Below, in pieces: positions 48,298 through 57,214 of a DNA stretch of 64,000 nt. Under the pieces are notes generated by a model. That model did not search any database, was not told the DNA's origin, and worked only from the letters and a program-made list of their open reading frames with translations. Numbering within the stretch: the stretch's first letter is position 1; each line of letters begins with the position of its first letter. A program made the position numbers and the translations under genes. Source of the stretch: a virus (Duplodnaviria > Caudoviricetes); the IMG/VR virus record IMGVR_UViG_3300028887_000070, positions 96,001 through 160,000 of that record; one strand, 5' to 3'.

Positions 48298-50829
48298 ATG
48301 GAGAATCGCATTAAAGTAGAGGATGAGGTAAAGAATAGAGGAGGATTCAGAGATGAATCCTCCAAGCTTTATGTCGTAATCAACGGAAGCTATGTCTTTC
48401 TCTTCCCAGAAGAAGAGTTCGATAAGCTCAATTCTATCGACAGAAAAATTATATGGGATACTGTAGACTATGTCTTACAGAACTCCCTTACCAATAAAGA
48501 AGGCGATACAGAATACACCTTCGACATGTTTGATCTCATGAAGATATCTCATACTGTCGTACTTCCGCCTATAACACTCAAGGTTGATATAAGCAGTGAT
48601 GATGATGTATCTGGAAATGAGTTCAATACATTATACAATGACACACCATACCATGTACACTCAATGGTGATGAAGAAAGCTGGAGAGTATACAGTGTATG
48701 TGAATAGAGCAGTCTATGATGGTCTCTCTGAAGATGACAAGGATACCATATGCGATAACGTAGGCTCAATAGCATGGAGCGGCTGTGATAAGCATGTATG
48801 GTTTATAGAGTCTAACACTGACTTCATGAACTTCTCCAATATCATATTCATCGATATCGAACCCAACTACGCAAGAAAGTTTGTTCTTGATGAAATAGAA
48901 GAGTATGGAGGGTTTAAAGACGATAAGACTGGCGAGTATGTACTTTATCAGTATCCCTGTACATTTGTACTTCCCGACTGGTTTGAGAATGTCGACAAGT
49001 CGTGTAGAGAGAACATATACTACATATGCCATAAGATATCTCAAGACGAAAATCGTCCATCGAGTAACAGCACTAATAGCTACACTTATAAGTGGGACGA
49101 TATCATGTCGTGTATGCCAATATACTGCACTCCAAGAAAGGCATATAGTGGCGATGCGTTAGGGCAGCTCATAGAACGTCAGGCTAAGGATCAGTTAGCA
49201 TCGTTTAATACTGAAATCAGTGGGAATCGAATCATATTCGGCACACACCATACACCATTTAAAGGTGAGTTATCGGTAAGTGTAAAAAGATGTATATGGG
49301 ATACGTTATCTCCTTCAGTACAGTCAGAAATAACTATGGCTTTACAGCGTATAATCAAAGCACATAGTAATGATAATCCTTATATGGGTTGGGACTTAGC
49401 AACTCTTGAATCAGTACATTACTTTATCGAAGCTGCTAAGCGTGATCCTGTTAATCTTTCTCAAAGAACTTTTGTAGATATGTATATGTATACAGATGCT
49501 CTTTCGAGAGAGGTATACGGTGTCAAAGTGTTCGACTTCATGATGGATCATGTTGAATCGTTTGAATTCATCATCGGAAAAAGAAGCTTCTTTGACAAGC
49601 CTCTAGACGATAGTGTCAAAGAGTCTATAGGGAAGGAAGCTATGAGAATAGCGCTTCTTTGTCCAGAAGAAAGAAAAGTATCATTCAAGCTTTCAGAAGA
49701 TTGCTATGTATGGAAGTTAGAAGGAGATCATTTCGTGCCTTATCATCCAGAATCTGTTCCTATCATACCAGATCCAGATACAGAGATTAAGCACATTTGT
49801 GCTGGTATGATAGGCGGTTTCAATGGAACAACTTTCTATGTCACCGATAACGATGATATAGTTAAGGAGAATATGTATGAAGACGAAGTTAGAGGTGAAA
49901 GATGTAAGATCCTGAAGTTTACTGCTAAGCGTAACGGCATATACTTCTTCTCTATAGAAATGACTGCTTGGAATGCACTTGATGCAGTCATGGAAGATAT
50001 GCTTATCAACAAAGCAAGGATCGTATCTAAGATAGGTTGTAGTGCTCATATATGGCATCTCAACTCAGTTGGTGCTGTAGAAGAGTTTCTCAATATACCC
50101 GTAAAGGACGAGAAGAATCTTCTCGGACTCAATAAACCCAACCCAATCAAGGAGGAAAACACTATGTTTAACAAATTCCCACTCAAGAAGAAGAACAATG
50201 ACAACCTTCCTAAGAAGGAAGCCAACCCCACTATGCCTACACCAGAGCAGGCAAAAGTTATCCTGGATGCTATGTATGCATGCCAGGCAGACACAACTCA
50301 GTACGCTGAAGATATGAGACGTGATAGAGCAAGAGCTAACGCTGTAATGGCTAGAGCTGTTCTCACACATGGTATTCTGACAGACATTTCGATGATGTTC
50401 AGAAATCTCCCTCTTCCTAAGGACGTTAAGTATCATTATGCTACGAGAATACCTGATGGTGAGCTTGTTGTAGTTACTAACGGTAAGTCAGCAACAGAGC
50501 AGTATCTTGATACAACAAACTCTGTTCCAGTTACTAATCTTCAAGACTATGCTAACATTCTCGGAACTCTTAACGCGGTCAAAGAACAGTCTGACAGCAT
50601 GAGTCTTACAGCTGAAGAAACAGCTTCTGTAATTACTAACTACATAGGTTGCCGTGATCAGGCTCTACTGAACATGCTTCAGGATACTAACAGTCTTAAG
50701 CATGTCATTGGAGAGAACACAGTTGAGGAGATTGAGAGTACCGAATTCGACGATCTCATGATTACCACATCTCCAACTGTGATGGAGTATGTTTCTGTAG
50801 TATCTGATGACGATGAAGGTAAGAAGTGA
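48298..50829 (+). CDS. Multidomain hypothetical protein with internal repeats; C-terminal domain paralogous to 51017-51724
   Basis: Repeats GGFRD..KLYV and GGFKD..GEYV; internal AAGGAGG + in-frame ATG at 50164. Confidence 0.8.
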   Translation: MENRIKVEDEVKNRGGFRDESSKLYVVINGSYVFLFPEEEFDKLNSIDRKIIWDTVDYVLQNSLTNKEGDTEYTFDMFDLMKISHTVVLPPITLKVDISSDDDVSGNEFNTLYNDTPYHVHSMVMKKAGEYTVYVNRAVYDGLSEDDKDTICDNVGSIAWSGCDKHVWFIESNTDFMNFSNIIFIDIEPNYARKFVLDEIEEYGGFKDDKTGEYVLYQYPCTFVLPDWFENVDKSCRENIYYICHKISQDENRPSSNSTNSYTYKWDDIMSCMPIYCTPRKAYSGDALGQLIERQAKDQLASFNTEISGNRIIFGTHHTPFKGELSVSVKRCIWDTLSPSVQSEITMALQRIIKAHSNDNPYMGWDLATLESVHYFIEAAKRDPVNLSQRTFVDMYMYTDALSREVYGVKVFDFMMDHVESFEFIIGKRSFFDKPLDDSVKESIGKEAMRIALLCPEERKVSFKLSEDCYVWKLEGDHFVPYHPESVPIIPDPDTEIKHICAGMIGGFNGTTFYVTDNDDIVKENMYEDEVRGERCKILKFTAKRNGIYFFSIEMTAWNALDAVMEDMLINKARIVSKIGCSAHIWHLNSVGAVEEFLNIPVKDEKNLLGLNKPNPIKEENTMFNKFPLKKKNNDNLPKKEANPTMPTPEQAKVILDAMYACQADTTQYAEDMRRDRARANAVMARAVLTHGILTDISMMFRNLPLPKDVKYHYATRIPDGELVVVTNGKSATEQYLDTTNSVPVTNLQDYANILGTLNAVKEQSDSMSLTAEETASVITNYIGCRDQALLNMLQDTNSLKHVIGENTVEEIESTEFDDLMITTSPTVMEYVSVVSDDDEGKK

Positions 50830-51016
50830 TATTAGTATTACTTTTGGTGAATGGCGGCTCGGTGATTCTACTCACCGAGCCTATTATTCTTAATATTTCA
50901 GTTTAAGTATAATTGTGCTGAAGAAACAACATTATATTGTGAGGAAGTGAATAAACACCCGTGAAAAGCTTCTGATCATAAGCCATTCATACAAACGCGA
51001 ATAGGAGGAACACACT

Positions 51017-51724
51017 ATGACAGATATGAACAATATCGACTTTAACCTTCCTATCTCTTTTAAGAAGAGAATAGGACGCCCAAGCGATTCAACAGACTTC
51101 TTTGAGGATGAACCTGATCAGGAAACAGAACAGGTATCTGTAGAAGTGATAGAGGAAGAGGATCCTCTCAAAAGAAAAATGATTGAATGTCAGATAGACT
51201 TTCGTAAGTACTATGCAGACATGAAGCGTGAAAGAGACAAGGCTAACCTTGTGGTAGCCAGAGCTTATCTAACAAACTCTATACTGACATCAAACATGAT
51301 GAAACAGAACAATGTATATCTGCCTACAGGTGAAAACTTCTCATCTGGTATAAGAGTATGCGACAACGAATACGTTGCTGTAACTAATGGTGGTACACCA
51401 ATCAACCAGATTCTTGACTACACGAACTCTGTTCCTGTTACTAATCTTCAGGACTATGCAAACATCATCAATTGCTACAGTGAAAAGGATCGTGATTCAG
51501 ATTACATAACCAAACAGGAAGCAGCATCTATAGCGACTAACTATATCACATTTCGTGATCAATCCCTTCTCGATAGCATCGTTAAGAATGGATGTGTCGA
51601 TAGACTTATAGGCAAAGACACTATCAAGAAGATCAAGTGTACAGAAATAAACGATCCTATGATAATCACTTCACCTACAATAAGAGCAAACTCGAAGATT
51701 CAGCAGGACAATGATGAAGGCTGA
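51017..51724 (+). CDS. Hypothetical protein, paralog of the C-terminus of the upstream gene
   Basis: Shares TNSVPVTNLQDYANI and AN.V.ARA.LT..ILT. Confidence 0.8.
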   Translation: MTDMNNIDFNLPISFKKRIGRPSDSTDFFEDEPDQETEQVSVEVIEEEDPLKRKMIECQIDFRKYYADMKRERDKANLVVARAYLTNSILTSNMMKQNNVYLPTGENFSSGIRVCDNEYVAVTNGGTPINQILDYTNSVPVTNLQDYANIINCYSEKDRDSDYITKQEAASIATNYITFRDQSLLDSIVKNGCVDRLIGKDTIKKIKCTEINDPMIITSPTIRANSKIQQDNDEG

Positions 51725-51729
51725 TAAGA

Positions 51730-52098
51730 ATGGATATTACTATTTACAGGGACAAGCCAGAGTATTTCAACAGGATCTGTACTGCTAATATTGTCTGGAA
51801 TGCTTTGATCCCTCTTAACTACTACGAACCCGTGTTATCGATCAAAGACGTAGAGAAACAAGAAGACTATAAGAGCAACTATGACGAGTCGATTAGTGCT
51901 CTCGATATCCTCTACAAAATGCTACAGATAACGACAGGAGACATAGTAGAAATCACTAACTCGAACTCATGTGATGGCGTGTACTATTACAGATCTTATT
52001 GTTGGTACGAACTGAAAAGAGACGAGTTTGATATCAACTCTAAAAAGCTTGTATGTGATATCGTACAGTGCCTAAGAATAACCGAAGGGTGGAGGTAA
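51730..52098 (+). CDS. YodL-like protein (paralog 1)
   Basis: GDIVEI....YYYRSYCW resembles the YodL C-terminal motif. Confidence 0.5.
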   Translation: MDITIYRDKPEYFNRICTANIVWNALIPLNYYEPVLSIKDVEKQEDYKSNYDESISALDILYKMLQITTGDIVEITNSNSCDGVYYYRSYCWYELKRDEFDINSKKLVCDIVQCLRITEGWR

Positions 52099-52132
52099 TC
52101 CACCCTTCTTCTTACACATCAAGGAGGAAATA

Positions 52133-52357
52133 ATGAGCGACAGTGATAAGCTAAATTGCATACTTGATTATCTAGAAGCTTTCAAGGCAGATTTGTGGAC
52201 AGACTTCATTAACGGCAATGAAGTAACAAGACCGATTGTTGCGGCTAAAGAATCTGTTATAGAAGAAATAATAGATTATATAGAACGTGAGACAGGCGAA
52301 ACTGTAAGAACCTCAGATGGATACTTATTTAAGGAGGAAATCTATAATGGATGCTAA
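52133..52357 (+). CDS. Small hypothetical protein
   Basis: RBS AAGGAGG. Confidence 0.65.
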   Translation: MSDSDKLNCILDYLEAFKADLWTDFINGNEVTRPIVAAKESVIEEIIDYIERETGETVRTSDGYLFKEEIYNGC

Positions 52358-52703
52358 GATCTATAGAAGAAAGAAGCTAGACGACAATCTATTAGCAGAA
52401 ATCTTTGTCGATAGTCGTTGGCATGGAGATGTTCCAATGAACAAGTATGAGCTCTTAACTGAACTCAAAGATGTCGACAAGCAGGAAAACTATAAAGAGA
52501 ACTATGATGAGATTCAAGGGCCACTTGATTGTCTCTATCTCATAGTACCATTACAGGCCACTGATATAGTAGTACTCGCAAACACTACATGGGAAGGTAC
52601 TTACTTCTGCAGATCATTCGGCTGGTTTGTACTTAATGGGGATAAGTTCGATATCGAAAGCGATGAGCTTGTGAGCTCTATTGTTGCAAGACCGATGCTC
52701 TAA
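52347..52703 (+). CDS. YodL-like protein (paralog 2)
   Basis: KDV.KQE.YK.NYDE shared with 51730; TDIVVL...YFCRSFGW. Confidence 0.5.
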   Translation: MDAKIYRRKKLDDNLLAEIFVDSRWHGDVPMNKYELLTELKDVDKQENYKENYDEIQGPLDCLYLIVPLQATDIVVLANTTWEGTYFCRSFGWFVLNGDKFDIESDELVSSIVARPML

Positions 52704-52717
52704 ACGGCTATACATAG

Positions 52718-52749
52718 AGAAGAGTGGATCACATCCACTCTTCTTTTTT
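52718..52749 (+). terminator. Intrinsic terminator
   Basis: GAAGAGTGGAT-CAC-ATCCACTCTTC + T6. Confidence 0.8.
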
Positions 52750-52786
52750 GTCATGAACATCTATGTAATAGGAAGGAGGAATCGTA

Positions 52787-53224
52787 ATGGATGAATTCCT
52801 GTCGTCTGTCTCCGAACTATTTCTTGGCAATGGTATAATCATATCATTAGCATGTCTCACAGTAGGTATGTTTCTTAAGGGTACCTTCAAGAAGTTCCCT
52901 AACAAGTATATCCCTTTTAGTAATGTCGTAGTCGCCATTATTGCTGGATTCGCGATACCAGGAACTTATGACGATAAAGACCCAGTGTCAAAGGTGATCA
53001 TACTAGCATTCTTGGGACTTTCCTCTGTAGGCCTTTATGAGTCTCTCTGTGTAATTGTGAAGAAACGGTTCGATATAGACATTGCCGAGATCATTTCTCA
53101 CTATGGGTCTTCTGCCAGTGACCCTAAGACTGGCGAATCTTCCAATGACGTTCTCCTGGATGCTACCACATCAGAGGAGGTCGAAGAAACTATCGATCAA
53201 TCCGAAGACGATGTGCAAACATGA
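52787..53224 (+). CDS. Holin (Firmicute phage type)
   Basis: Three TM segments, NKYIP and GLSSVGLYE motifs; late-type promoter at 52756-52767. Confidence 0.75.
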   Translation: MDEFLSSVSELFLGNGIIISLACLTVGMFLKGTFKKFPNKYIPFSNVVVAIIAGFAIPGTYDDKDPVSKVIILAFLGLSSVGLYESLCVIVKKRFDIDIAEIISHYGSSASDPKTGESSNDVLLDATTSEEVEETIDQSEDDVQT

Positions 53225-53326
53225 TCCTGGTGAATGAACATAAGTGGTGTCCGAGGGAGCGCTCCCTCGGACGTCATTCTCGTCTTTTACCATATGCGTA
53301 ACTATCTGATGAAAGGAGGCAATAGT

Positions 53327-53560
53327 ATGTCAGAACCACTCTTCAAGATGGCTGGACCTAAGTACTGTACGAACTGTGGTACTGATGGTTTGTCTATCAT
53401 AGTAGTAAACACTCGTAAAGGTAAAGAGGCTCGATGTATGAGATGTAAGAACTGTAGAGCCGAGTTTGATATAGATTGGAGGAATCCTAGGGCTCCTAGA
53501 CCTCTATCAATGGGTTTATATGCTAATGTATGTCTAAGAGGTTTGAACAAGTATGTGTAA
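53327..53560 (+). CDS. Small Zn-ribbon protein
   Basis: CTNC and CKNC; AAAGGAGG before ATG 53327. Confidence 0.7.
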   Translation: MSEPLFKMAGPKYCTNCGTDGLSIIVVNTRKGKEARCMRCKNCRAEFDIDWRNPRAPRPLSMGLYANVCLRGLNKYV

Positions 53561-53586
53561 AGTTACATACACCATAACATATCATT

Positions 53587-53852
53587 GATGGACGGATAGG
53601 ATAGATAGCTTCATGTTCATCTATATACTTAAAGCTTTATTGTCGTTGACTTGATTTGAAGAGCGTGTTATTGGGACTTAAGTCATCCCAATTCAGGGCA
53701 AGAAGCTATCTATCGTGTCCGCTCCGTCGGATAACAAACTATTCCAAAATAAACCCACTATAACTTCTAGCCTTTGGTAGACCTGACCTTACTTATGGTT
53801 TACAACATCTTAATACTCAGGGGTCCCGAAAGGGACTCCCATCCTTTTTTTT
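53587..53852 (+). ncRNA. Candidate structured ncRNA C (rod-like core 53587-53728)
   Basis: Starts at the +1 of AACA-TATCAT-TG; perfect 13-bp helix GATAGATAGCTTC/GAAGCTATCTATC; apical TTGGGA/TCCCAA; U-tract terminator at 53820-53852. Confidence 0.6.
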
Positions 53853-53923
53853 GTTGATTAACCATTCATAATCAATCCAAACACGTACGTTAACAATACT
53901 ATAATCTAGCGAGAAAGGACGTT

Positions 53924-56677
53924 GTGAACGTTATGCGTATAAACTACTTGGAACTGCATAACTATGCAGGTATCTACAATGGCATGGAGCTCAACGAACT
54001 CGTTATCGACTTCTCCAAATGCCAACACAAGATCTGTCTCATTAAGGGAGACAATGGTTCTGGTAAGAGTACAATCATGAAAGCACTCAATCCTCTTCCA
54101 GAGCCTTCATCAGCATTCATTCCAGGAATGGTAGCATATAAGTGTATCGTATATCTTGACGAGTACACTGGTATTATGTATAAGATAGAGTACATCCATG
54201 AAGTGAACTCTAAGGGAGATAGAGCTACTCCTAAGGGTCACATCTACGAGATCACTCCAGCATCAGTTATTGATCTCAATCCTAGCGGTAATGTATCTTC
54301 TGCTAAGGAGATCATCTACGACAAGTTCAGTCTTGATCCTTGTTACTTATCTCTTACTCAGCTTAGCAGTACTAAGAGAGGTATGGCAGACATGAAGCCT
54401 GCAGAGAGAAAGAAGTTCGTCAATAGCATCCTTAATAATGTGGACGCTTATAATGACATGTATAAGGTTCTCAGCAAGAAGAGCATCATGTACAAGGGAG
54501 TCATCAAGAACATCGAGAGTCGTCTCGGTACTATAGGTGATGTAGGTAAGCTCGATCTCAGAATACAGAACCTCACATCAGCAGTTAAGCAGGCTGATGA
54601 GCTTCTTAACGATGAGAAAGACCTTAAGTCTAAGGCAGAAGCAGTCATTCTTACTCTTGATCCTGATGGTACTAAGAACCAAAAGTATCTTGATACTATG
54701 TCAGAAATGACTAAGTGTAAGAGTGACATCGATATGACTGAAAAGGTGATTGATCATAAGTATAGAGGACAGGATGTGTGTAGGATTGATCCTGCTCATC
54801 TTACTACTCAGATAGAACTCGCTAAGCAGAAGAAGAGTTCACTCAATACAGAGATTGGTACTCTTATGTCTAAGACTGAGATTGATACTATAGAGATTAA
54901 CCAGAAGAGACAGAAGCTTAAGGATGTCAACAATGGCGAGTCTCTTGAATATCTTAGAGAACTTAAGAAGAACTTCCAGGCTAGGTTCGGTGAGATAAGA
55001 GAAGAGCTTAGTAAGATCAATATCAACACTCTCGAGATCCCATTCACTAAGGACACACTCGTGCAGTGTATCAGTACTCTATGTGAAGTAAGAGACAGAC
55101 TCTCTTCTTCAGAGTTTGCTGATATAGAGTTCCTTGTAGAGTGTGTATCTGAGTTCGGCCATGAAAGAGACGGAGAGATATCTTCACTCTCTATCATGAA
55201 AGCTGCATCTAAAGCTATGGAGGATAATAAAGAATTCATCAATGCAGCTAAGCAAGATCTTAAGGCTAAAGAAGCTCTCAGGAGTTCATTCGAAGGTCCT
55301 CTTGAGTTTAGACCTAGTGGTTGCACAATTGATGGTTGTCAGTTCATTGCCAATGCTTTACGTAAGAAGCATGAGTATGATACATATCGTAGCGACGAAG
55401 ATTATGAGTCTATCATCAGAAACGCTACTGCTGAATACAATGGCGCTAAGCTTATGTATGAGAAGATGGAAAGAGTAGAGAATGGGTTCCGTGAACTTCA
55501 GATGCTTAAGGCTAAGGTGAATGGTATCTCATCTACTCTTAAGCTTATCACTCCTAAGGAGTTCATGCCTGCATACGACTTCATTGTCAACTTCAAATAC
55601 ACTTCAGATAGTAAGGTAGTCAAGACTATGGAAATCTTCAATCAGTATGTAGACTTCCTCTACAATCATCTCTATGTAGCTAATTCCTTCGAGGAGTATA
55701 AAGACATTCAAAACAATCTCTCTAAGATACAGGGTGACATCGATAGACTTGAGTCTAATGAACAGCTTATCAACATGCTCACTGAAGATATCAATAAGCT
55801 TCAGGATGAGCTCGATACTACTCTTAAAAAGACTCAAGACAATAGATATGAGATAGCTCAGCTCGATATATCTATAACAGACAACGAGAGAAAGCTTGAA
55901 GAAGTTCGCGTTTACAGAGAAGAGATGAACAAGTTGGCTCTACTTTGTGATAAGGTCAAAGAGATTGCTGCTGAGGTTATGACTCTCGAGTCTTCTATGT
56001 CTAAGTTACTGGAAGCTAAGAAGACTATACATGAGTGTGAAGCAAGCATCAAAGAGATCGAAGAGAAGCTCATTCCAATGAAAAAAGAATTGGCTGATCT
56101 GGAGACGTCTAGAAGACTCTATGGCTCATACATAGATGATCTCAAGACTAACAAAGAGATGCTTGATAAGATAGAAATCATCAAGTACTATACTTCTCCT
56201 ACTACTGGTATACAGTTGGTATTCGCTACACTCTATCTAAGTAAGATACTAGAGAAGGCTAACTGGATGCTTTCAGGACTCTTCGGAGGAGCATTCAACA
56301 TACTTCCATTCGTCATTACAGAAGATGAGTTCCGTATACCTATAGCAGTACATGGTGGACTCAATCATGATGACATAACTTCTATGTCATCTGCTCAAGT
56401 AGCTTTGATTAGTATGATCATCAGCATCAGTATGCTTAGTCAGGTCTCTACTAGGATGAATATCATAGTAGGTGATGAGATAGATGCTTCGTTAGATACA
56501 GAGAACAGAAGACGTTTCTTTGACATTCTCTTAGGTCTAATGGACATGGTAAACGCTAGTCAGAGTGTACTGATCTCTCACAACAGTGAGTACACACAGA
56601 ATGAATGTGATGTCATCTGGTTGAGAAACAAGGAGCACATCACAGAAGCAGGTAACATAATCTGGAGCTTTGAGTAA
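53924..56677 (+). CDS. sbcC: SbcC/Rad50-like ATPase
   Basis: GDNGSGKST, coiled coils with central CTIDGC hook, MSSAQ signature, IIVGDE, ISH. Confidence 0.88.
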   Translation: MNVMRINYLELHNYAGIYNGMELNELVIDFSKCQHKICLIKGDNGSGKSTIMKALNPLPEPSSAFIPGMVAYKCIVYLDEYTGIMYKIEYIHEVNSKGDRATPKGHIYEITPASVIDLNPSGNVSSAKEIIYDKFSLDPCYLSLTQLSSTKRGMADMKPAERKKFVNSILNNVDAYNDMYKVLSKKSIMYKGVIKNIESRLGTIGDVGKLDLRIQNLTSAVKQADELLNDEKDLKSKAEAVILTLDPDGTKNQKYLDTMSEMTKCKSDIDMTEKVIDHKYRGQDVCRIDPAHLTTQIELAKQKKSSLNTEIGTLMSKTEIDTIEINQKRQKLKDVNNGESLEYLRELKKNFQARFGEIREELSKININTLEIPFTKDTLVQCISTLCEVRDRLSSSEFADIEFLVECVSEFGHERDGEISSLSIMKAASKAMEDNKEFINAAKQDLKAKEALRSSFEGPLEFRPSGCTIDGCQFIANALRKKHEYDTYRSDEDYESIIRNATAEYNGAKLMYEKMERVENGFRELQMLKAKVNGISSTLKLITPKEFMPAYDFIVNFKYTSDSKVVKTMEIFNQYVDFLYNHLYVANSFEEYKDIQNNLSKIQGDIDRLESNEQLINMLTEDINKLQDELDTTLKKTQDNRYEIAQLDISITDNERKLEEVRVYREEMNKLALLCDKVKEIAAEVMTLESSMSKLLEAKKTIHECEASIKEIEEKLIPMKKELADLETSRRLYGSYIDDLKTNKEMLDKIEIIKYYTSPTTGIQLVFATLYLSKILEKANWMLSGLFGGAFNILPFVITEDEFRIPIAVHGGLNHDDITSMSSAQVALISMIISISMLSQVSTRMNIIVGDEIDASLDTENRRRFFDILLGLMDMVNASQSVLISHNSEYTQNECDVIWLRNKEHITEAGNIIWSFE

Positions 56678-56685
56678 CAAAAAAT

Positions 56686-56720
56686 AAGTTGAGGGTAGCA
56701 AGTAAGCTACCCTCAACTTT
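56686..56720. terminator. Bidirectional terminator
   Basis: AAGTTGAGGGTAGC-AAGTAA-GCTACCCTCAACTT. Confidence 0.8.
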
Positions 56721-56735
56721 GCATCGAGATTACTG

Positions 56736-57092
56736 TCACATGTTTGGAGGTATTATAACAGTGAACGCAAACATCAAACCATACATGATGAAGCCAAGTA
56801 CTGTGAGTATAGCGATAGTGCCGATCGCTATAAGCGTCATCTCAAAGTAACTGAGCTTCTTGTGCAACTGCTGTAATTTGTATCTTGCAGCTGCGACTCC
56901 TTCCAAACAAAGGAATATGATCTCCACCAGATCACATAAGAACTGGTGAATTAGGGATATGATAAGGTATGCACCCCACCATATGATTCCAAGAACGATA
57001 TAGCCTACAAAGGCTACTGTTCTTATCAAGAACCTCGCTTCAGGGCTCTTGACATAGTGATTCAGCGTGTGATGATTATGATTGTTAGTCAT
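56736..57092 (-). CDS. Membrane protein
   Basis: AAAGGAG before ATG 57092; hydrophobic helices; early-type promoter at 57124-57133. Confidence 0.65.
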   Translation of the reverse strand: MTNNHNHHTLNHYVKSPEARFLIRTVAFVGYIVLGIIWWGAYLIISLIHQFLCDLVEIIFLCLEGVAAARYKLQQLHKKLSYFEMTLIAIGTIAILTVLGFIMYGLMFAFTVIIPPNM

Positions 57093-57177
57093 AATAGTGC
57101 TCCTTTCCAATTGTTCTACCTCAATAGTATGTATTTGAAAGTCTATATGTTTACGAAGCGGCTTCTTTGAGCTGTTG

Positions 57178-57189
57178 AACATTTTAGTA
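57178..57189 (+). promoter_or_regulatory. Late-type promoter (virion RNAP beta)
   Basis: AACA TTTTAG TA. Confidence 0.7.
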
Positions 57190-57214
57190 ATCTAATTGGA
57201 AAGGAGAAGTTCAC

